From NCBI GenBank assembly GCA_002104905.1, contig MCFE01000128.1:62001-126000 (forward strand): a stretch of DNA of 64,000 nucleotides. The letters are read 5' to 3'. Source of the stretch: Basidiobolus meristosporus CBS 931.73 (lineage: Eukaryota; Fungi; Basidiobolomycota). The notes under the pieces were generated by a model. The model was given only the letters and a program-made list of their open reading frames with translations. It was not told where the DNA came from and ran no database searches. Positions 61,122-64,000 of this stretch are shown here, one piece after another (the stretch's first letter is position 1; every line of letters begins with the position of its first letter). Both the position numbers and the translations under genes were made by a program.

Positions 61122-62789
61122 CAAACCACAACAGAACCTTTGCACCAGTAGCCAAGCTTGATTCTATTAATATTGATATTAGCTATTCCAGCCAAGAATA
61201 AGTCATTTATTCATCAGATGGATGTAAAAACTACATTGCTGAGCAGGGAACCTGATGAGGACATGTATACAGACCAGCCTAAAGGGTTAGCTGACCAAGA
61301 TAACCCCCATTTGGTGTGCAGGGTCAAAGAATATCCATGTGGATCCATAAAACTACCTATAGCCAGGAATTACAAGATAGTTTCATATATGGAATGCCTG
61401 TATCTCCAGAGAGGTACTGCCAAGTATAGTATCTACTATAAGCCAGATAAAGCAGATTGAGTTCTACTGGCCTTATATGTCAGTTGTTGTATTATAGCTG
61501 CCCATAACCAAAAAAACTAGAAGAGACTATGTGGAGTTTGTCTAAACCCTAAGGGAATAACCAAGAAAAGGCCAGCAGACTACCATCATATTATCAGCAG
61601 ATTTCAACTTACCAAAGAGTGATATTGCTCAATATCTCAGGTAGTAGCTTCACAGCAGACATGAAGATATCCCTTCCAGGTAGAGACTAGGCCTGCTAGT
61701 ATTAATGCCAATCTTGTGAATCAGCTGCTTGTTACTTCCACCAGAAATTGCATCTCAAAAATTGTAGCAGAAACACTAGCTGAATACCAGCCAAATATTC
61801 AATGAATACTGACTTTGGGATTTTTCATAGGGTAAGGAGCTCAAGATATCAAATCTGGGAGAGCCAGGTTACTACTTAGGATACAGCTCTCCATAGACAG
61901 GAGTACCCTGACCATTGCCTTAAGCCAGTTCAAGTATATTCAAGATATGCTTATGAAGAACCAAATGGGAGGCCGTATATTTTGAGCTCCTCTGGTGAAG
62001 TCAAACCCTAACTTGGCCAAAACTCAACCAAATCAAGAGAGCCTGGAGCCATCTGAAAGCCCAGACTTCCCCTACCTATCCATGGTCAGCTAGCTTGATG
62101 TATATCACTCTAGCAGTATGCCTAGATATCTCATATTCAGTGGGAGGTGTTGGCAATCATAATCACCACTACAGATCTGATTGTATTGCAGCAATTAAGT
62201 GGATTATTGAATATTAAAAAGGAAGTGCTGTTATCTGCTTAAGGTATACCTATAGAGACCCAGAACATGATCTTTTGTGACACTATGATGCTGATTGGAG
62301 ACAAGATTTAGAGGACAGAAGATCTTTTACAGGATACACCTTTCTATTAAAGTAAAGGGGCAATTTCACAGTACTCCCAAGGGCAACCAAATGTAGCACT
62401 TTCAGCTGCTGAAGCAGAGTATATGGCAGCCTGTGAGGCTACTAAAAAACCAATGTGATTAAGAAAGCTTTCTAAAGTCTGAGGCTTATGTCAAAAACTG
62501 CCTATTACTTTGTTTCAAGATAATTGTGGATGTATACAATTAGGTAGAAATGCAACTCTTCATGCTAGAACCAAACACATAGATGTTAGACATCATTTCA
62601 TACATGAAGCTATAGAGAATAACTTGGTTAGCTTAGTTTACTGTCCTACAGATGAAATGATTGCAGACATATTTACCAGACCATTAGCCAGAGACTGATT
62701 TGAATATCTTGGGTCAAAATTAGGACTAGTCAGTATGAACATTTAATTGAGCGGGAGTGTTGGAAAAATTTGTAATTTGTGGCAGTTCA

Positions 62790-63470
62790 TTTTGATTTGC
62801 TTAGAGATACAGTGTCTCCAACAGCAGCAGGGGCACCAGGGATGTTGGGGGAAATGGTGCTTGGCTTACTGTGGTCTTTATGGGTAGGGGACCCCATATA
62901 GTTGAAATGGAGTGATCTGGGGAATGCCAAGGTATTGAATCTTAATCAGTTGAGGAGTGCTCAATCCCACAGAGGGACAGGTGATTAGGTGAGGGTGAAG
63001 CTCCTCTGAAAACCGGACAATGGGGATTAGGGTCAATCCTGAAAAGTGGTTGAGTAAGGGATCCCCACTCATGAATCCATAGAGCAGAAACGGGCATCTG
63101 GGCCACCTGCAATGACTGGCAAGATCCCGGCCAGTGCTTGGTAAGGGTGGCAGTTCACACCAGTATGTGGTCCACGAATCTATGGACGGATTTGGAGGAG
63201 CCAGCGTCTCCCAGCCCTATCCAGGCACTTCCTGTGGAACCGGGGGGGTTGGAGTGACACCTCGTGTCCCCCAAGAGAATCGGCCGGTTCCTAGACCGCC
63301 TTCCAAATAAGTCGATGCTTATCACCAACCTTGAGGCCATCGCCAATGCCCATCGAGTCTCCCTATCGGACCGTATCCCCAATTCCGCGCCATACCAGCG
63401 ACACAGCACCCCAAGAGCGATGTGGATGTCCATCTTCTGGATGCAATCCAGCGGGTTCTCTTTTAATTAG
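62790..63470 (+). other. GC-richer decayed coding-like stretch; possible 3' fragment of a non-LTR (LINE) element
   Basis: One frame near 63170-63240 reads RIYGRIWRSQRLPALSRHFLWN, resembling the zf-RVT W..IW....P....FLW motif. The following Cys/His ligands are not evident and upstream frames contain many stops. Confidence 0.25.
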
Positions 63471-63658
63471 GTTCTAGGCATTGAGGATGGGGGGTGGGGC
63501 AGTGATGTGATTAAGAAATGACCAAGTGGGCCTAGCTAAAACATAAGTAAGAAAGGGTGAAATCGGCGTGGCAGCCGGGAATGTACAAACTAGGCATGGG
63601 TCCGGGAGGGAGGGAGGGGGGACGCAGACAAGTAAGTAGGAGGGGGAAAGAAAATCCT

Positions 63659-64000
63659 CTATACAGGTAGAGCGCTACTGGAAGCACGGTCCACAATCTA
63701 AAAATTCGCCCGGCTTGGGTTAGAGTGCGCGCTTCGTTGACAGCGAAAAGCGTGTGTAGGTTACCTTGGAGATAAACGGCAGGTTCAACAAGTGGCCTAT
63801 GATAGGCAGTCTACGCAGGAAGCTGAACACGACTGGGAAGAAATCCCTGATGAGGAGGGAGGGGAAACCGTTAGCAGTGGGGGGGGTCACGAGAATACGG
63901 TCTAAGGAACCACTCACCCGAAGAGGTTGATGAAGCCGAACAACTCGATAGACATCCCGGTGATGGGCCACTTGATCAACACCAAAAATATCCCACCCAA
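63659..64000 (-). CDS. GOT1: GOT1-family Golgi vesicle transport membrane protein, 3' exons only (63918-64000, 63765-63846, 63659-63697)
   Basis: Spliced translation LGGIFLVLIKWPITGMSIELFGFINLFG/DFFPVVFSFLRRLPIIGHLLNLPFISK/IVDRASSSALPV* matches the Got1/GOLT1 C-terminus. Introns 63847-63917 (GTGAGT..GCTAAC..CAG) and 63698-63764 (GTAACC..CTAAC..TAG) preserve the frame. Confidence 0.9.

Larger units (their letters stand above)
55272..62780 (+). mobile_element. Old degenerate copia-1 RT-RH remnant (55272-55346 and 61127-62757) that hosts copy B; its 3' LTR is cut after ~22 bp
   Basis: cttgtagccaaaggata..caaacaaaa (55315-55345) continues as acctttgcaccagtagccaag (61136+), matching 6422-6490. PPT-like gagcgggag then tgttggaaaaattt at 62758. 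Confidence 0.8.

Noticed and set aside
63720-63971. 83-aa single-exon ORF (MAHHRDV...) as annotated by the ORF track
   Set aside because: It is an intron read-through of GOT1; only its DFFPVV...FISK part is the true frame.
1-64000. CRISPR arrays, rRNA or tRNA genes
   Set aside because: No regularly spaced repeat-spacer array or recognisable structural RNA was seen; tRNA similarity is limited to the PBS motifs.

Overview
Eukaryotic, most likely fungal, DNA. About 62.8 kb is a block of nested transposable elements, ending at the 3' exons of a spliced GOT1-family host gene at the right edge (63659-64000, minus strand). It contains: (i) two Ty1/copia families with half-tRNAiMet-type PBS, including a near-intact young copy at 3465-8151 with CTTTT TSDs and a second full-length copy at 55352-61121 with CAAAC TSDs; (ii) a Ty3/gypsy family with ~368-bp LTRs; (iii) a PIF/Harbinger-like two-ORF DNA transposon (11743-16235; AGACTTGTTC TIRs, 3-bp AAT TSD) and a 1.18-kb non-autonomous relative (2123-3301); (iv) several decayed copies of a CACTA/En-Spm-type transposase, linked head-to-head to an unidentified multicopy ORF; (v) three ~1.07-kb solo-LTR-like inserts of an unidentified family, each with a 4-bp TSD (two centred on CG). 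Repeats show strong CpG->TpG/CpA decay, and several nonsense codons are TGA at likely CGA positions. Insertion boundaries and TSDs were read directly from the sequence. Boundaries of degenerate fragments are approximate, and family names come from motif recognition by eye, with no database searches.
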